Below, one piece after another: positions 60,331-64,000 of a stretch of DNA of 64,000 nucleotides. A program made the translations under genes and the position numbers. Below the pieces are notes generated by a model, which ran no database searches, was not told the DNA's origin, and saw nothing but the letters and a program-made list of their open reading frames with translations. Numbering within the stretch: position 1 is the first letter of the stretch; every line of letters begins with the position of its first letter. Source of the DNA: Raillietiella orientalis (Eukaryota); assembly GCA_036172245.1 (NCBI GenBank), contig JAYWIR010000062.1, positions 496,001 through 560,000 of the forward strand, in the 5' to 3' direction.

Positions 60331-63300
60331 GGCTGCAGCTCGCCAGACTCCTCCCTCTTCCTTCATCTTCGGCGGCTGCCATCGCCCTCTTCTGGTTGTT
60401 GTTGGACCCGGGATAGTTCTCTCGGGGGGTTTCCCGCCGCTCGCGTGCACCGGACTACGAGCCCTGCTCGAGGCACCGCGCAACCAGAGCCAGGTGAGGG
60501 GAAGAGCAGATTCAGTCTCCCCCCCCTCCCCTCACGGGACGGGCTCAAGAGACTCGCTTCCTGGGGAGCGGGAGAAGGGCAAGGGAGCACCGCTACATTT
60601 CCTCGGGCAGGGACGGAGAAGGAGGGAAAAATGTCCGGTGCCCCTCTGCATCCTGGGCAGGATGTTGGCAAGTCTCTCTTTCGATTCCTCCGAATAGGGC
60701 CATCCCGAGAAGGAGGCCGTCGTGCAGATGGAGCTCCCTACGCGCTCTGCTCTTCTGCGCCTCACGCAGCGACGCCGACCAGGTGAGGAAAAAGAGGAAA
60801 GGAGGAAGAGGAAAAGGAGGGAAAAAAGGAGAAAGGAGGAAGGGAAAGTCTCCGAGATTCGGGAAGGGTCGTTGCTTGGGTGCTCTTCTGCTGGTTGCGA
60901 AAGGATGCAGGTAGCTTCTCCACGTCCTGGAGCGCGCATCACCCGAGGGTGCGGCTTCTGGCAGGCGTGCGGTAGGAGCGTGCCCAGGGCGTCCCTTTCC
61001 ACCTCATTCGCTTCCCTTCCTACACCAGAACGGTCACCTTCGCTCGACGAGCGGGGGCGGGGGCTCAGCTCCTCCCTCTTCCACAGGGCGAGACCGCCTC
61101 CGGCGCAAATGTGCAGCCCGCGGCGGGTGTGGGCAGGAACGATCCTGCGCGCAGAGAAGCTGCGGAACTCCGCCTTCAGGGAGCTCGCGCGGTTTTCCCG
61201 ACCTCCCCGTTCTTATTTTTAGCGTGCGCAAGCGCGCGCTCGGGGGGCCGCCACCGCCGAGCCACGCGCGGCGTCTCCTCCGAACTGCGCTGCGATTATT
61301 TTAAACGCGAGGCGCCCCAATCCTTCAGAGTACGCGGGGGCGCCCAGCGTCGCGTAGCGCGGACGTTGCAGCAGCGTCGGCGCCCCCAGCAAGGAGTGGA
61401 CCCGGCCGTGGCGGTGGCAGTGAGCACCCGGCGCCGCCCATGAGATGTCGCTCGCGAGGAGCGCTCCCGGTCTAAGAGAGAAAGACATGTCAGCGGGCAA
61501 TCCACACAGAGTAAGTCCTGCGCGCGCGTGTCTCCTGCCGCGAGCGAGCGCCCGCCCGCCCGCCGTCCACCCCGCGCCGACGAGCTCCTCGTGGACCATG
61601 GCTGCCTCCGGGAAGGGGAAGGAACCAAACCCGCGGTCACGTGACCGTCACATGGGAATGTCCGGCGGCACGCGGAGGGCAGACGAGATCCGTGCGAGCA
61701 CCCAGCTGCGCGCACGCGGGGCCGATCTGTGTACGGCTGCCCCGACTCTACAGACGCCCTATCGGACCCCGAAGCACGCAGGGTTCCTTCCACTCTTAAG
61801 CAGGTAGGGTCGAGATTTGGCCTTGGAAAGCGACCAGCGAATTATAGGAGCGCGCCCACGCACCCACCCAGGCGCGTACGCGTACATGCAGACTCGTACA
61901 CGCGTGTATACGTGCGTGGGCTTTCGAGAGAGGCGGCTCCACCTGCCCCCGCCCTCCAGATAGAAGATGCGACCGGACTTGGAGGAATGGTCCCTAGGGG
62001 GTACCACTTAGCCGTCGGTGGCTCGGACCACCCCACCTCCCGCCTCTCCGCGCGCGGCAAATCGGTCCGCTCCATTGCCGGGGCGCTGTGTCCGCCTCGT
62101 CGAGGCCTTCGGGCGGTCTCAGGGGTGCCAGTCGCTTTCGGTGCTCCCCTGTGGCTCACCACGGAGCGGAGGGAAGGGCGCTGCTCTGTTGCGGCGGCGG
62201 CCTATGGGCTGCCTTGCGCGGTTGACCTCGTCACTGTCGGGGATTAAGAAGGGACGGCGATGACCTCCAGCGTGGCGCCTACTCCCGGAGGCCTCCGCCT
62301 CCCGTCGCTCACCGCCCTGAGCGCGCCGGACGGGAGGAGAAGGGGGGGTGAGAGGGTGGGATGGCGGTCACTTTTGGCAGCCTCCCCGCGCGCTGGCCGC
62401 CCGGCCGTAGGAGAGCGCGATCTGGGCCCGCGGCCGCTGGGGACGCTCCCTCAGGCCAGAGAGGGGGCGGGACGGGGAAGTGGTATGCGCGGACTCACCC
62501 GGGATTTCTCTTCCTGCCAGGCCACTCCAGAGGAGGGGGAAGAGGAGGCGGACCCACTCGGAGCCCAAGAGAACTGTGAGTCGCCAGCTGCCGCCTTTGC
62601 CTGGGGCACCAAAGGGTGGTCAAGTGCGGTTGGCAGCGAAAGAGCCCTCCGTCGCTTCCGGCGCCGCCGGGCTGATCCTCTCGTCTCCACATAAATACCT
62701 ACCCTCTCCCTGCCCTCTTCGTCTTTTCGACGCCCTGGGTGGAAAGCGGGATGAGGTCGTAGACCGCCGGAGGTGACCCCCGCACCTCTGACGTGACAGA
62801 GGCAGATGGGGGGAGGAGGGAGAGGACACGGGTCTGGTCAACGATGCGGATGACCCGATCGCTGAAGCGCCTCAGGCGAGGGGGTCCTCCTCCAGGAAGG
62901 TGCACCCGGGAGCGTCCCGGATCCCTCCAGGGGCAACGGGAAGGCAATCGGAACGGAAGGAACAGGACGCGCTATCTCCCTCTTCCGAGGGAGGTCGGAA
63001 TGGGGATGGACTCTCTCGCAGCAGGACAGGACACGATGGGGTTCCCCACCTGCGAGGGCTGCTCCCCGACGAGGCTTCGCTTCTCCTTTTCCTCCTCACT
63101 CCCTATATCGAGAGCTTGAGAGAAGTGCGCGTTGCCCCGAGGAGCAGCCAACCAACCTCTGAGAATCTGCCCCTCGCCGTCCCTGTGAGCCCCTCTTCCG
63201 GCAGCGCGGAGGGCAAGAGTCACGCGACCTCGGCAGGTCGCCGCCGCGCTTCCGGGAGGTCCTGCAGCGCGCACGCTATGGGGGCGGTGGCGGGGGAAAG

Positions 63301-63378
63301 TCGCCGCGAAGGACCTCGGTCCGACACAGCTTCCGGGTGGCGGCGCGCATCCTTCATCTCCGGAGCACCGTTGCCTAG

Positions 63379-63522
63379 ATATGAGGACGGCCTTTCGGAT
63401 GCTGGACAAGGACCATGACGGCAAAGTAGGCCTGGAGGACCTCAAAGGGATGCTCTCCCGGATGGGGCTGCAGATGGACGAGGGGACCATCAGGAACTTC
63501 CTGGCGCTTTCCAGTCAAGAAG
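63379..63522 (+). CDS. Eip63F-1: Internal exon of a calmodulin-like EF-hand protein, Eip63F-1 (E63-1) type; gene continues beyond the window
   Basis: cctag|(D)MRTAFRMLDKDHDGKVGLEDLKGMLSRMGLQMDEGTIRNFLALSSQE|gtgagc, with a canonical DxDxDG loop; resembles E63-1 DLRTAFDLLD...ELQFML..LG. Confidence 0.72.
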
Positions 63523-64000
63523 GTGAGCGCGCTGTGAGCGCCTCCAGCCTTCCTCCCGCGGGTCGAGGTCACCTCCCTCCTCTCCCTCCCACACCCGCTG
63601 AGTTCGCCGCTTCTGGGGTGGAGCGGGGAAGAGAGCGAGGGCAAGGCAGAGCTGCTTACGCCGATAAGGAGGGTCCTCCCCCGCATGCATGACCCCCACA
63701 TGCCGAGAGCCGAGAGGGAGGTCAGGGACCGCCATCAGCGGATCCCGGACTTCTCCCTCGCCCAATCTTCAGCTGCTCCGGGGACGGAGGTTCGGGAGTT
63801 TCCCTCGAACAGGGGGAGCTGGAGGGGTCCCTTCCGAGCGTCAGCACCGCCGGGAATCCTTCTAGGGGCTGGGGAGAGCCCGTGCCCTCGATCTGCTCAC
63901 AGGACCCCTCCTTCCTCCCCGGAGGCCGCAGGGGCCGTTTTGCTCCTCTTCTGCCGCTGCCCTGCCGCGAGAAGGCGCTGCTCCGGGCAAAAAAAAGGAG

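Noticed and set aside
33800..64000. Hundreds of overlapping 60-390 aa ORFs in the GC-rich blocks
   Set aside because: R/P/G/S/A-rich shadow ORFs expected from high GC content; no domains except those reported.
1..64000. Prokaryotic systems (CRISPR arrays, operons, defence islands), rRNA and tRNA genes
   Set aside because: Genes are spliced and eukaryotic; no repeat-spacer array, cloverleaf or rRNA signature was seen.

Overview
This is eukaryotic DNA, most likely from an arthropod with very short GT-AG introns (~37-50 nt); it is not prokaryotic. Recognisable host genes are CTTNBP2NL/Nausicaa (-), IFT80 (+), PIN4 (+), GPALPP1 (+), Mps1/TTK (-), a TAL1/SCL-type bHLH (-), an orphan coiled-coil ORF (-), NDUFA6 (-) and one exon of an Eip63F-1-like EF-hand gene (+). 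Housekeeping genes lie in AT-rich, CpG-poor domains and developmental genes in GC/CpG-rich domains. The main surprise is that introns and intergenic spacers appear packed with frameshifted viral fossils. These include two parvovirus-like segments with NS1 followed by VP1-PLA2 (32.2-33.7 kb +, 54.1-55.1 kb -), about ten more NS1-like fragments of varying strength, and two phenui-like bunyavirus L polymerase fragments (9.8-11.8 kb +, 20.3-21.4 kb -). There is also a tyrosine-recombinase-like segment bounded by exact 47-bp direct repeats (51.0-53.4 kb). A near-perfect 153-bp-arm hairpin (17.5-18.1 kb) may be built from one of the viral fragments. All viral assignments are by-eye motif alignments across stops and frameshifts and need tBLASTn/HMM confirmation.
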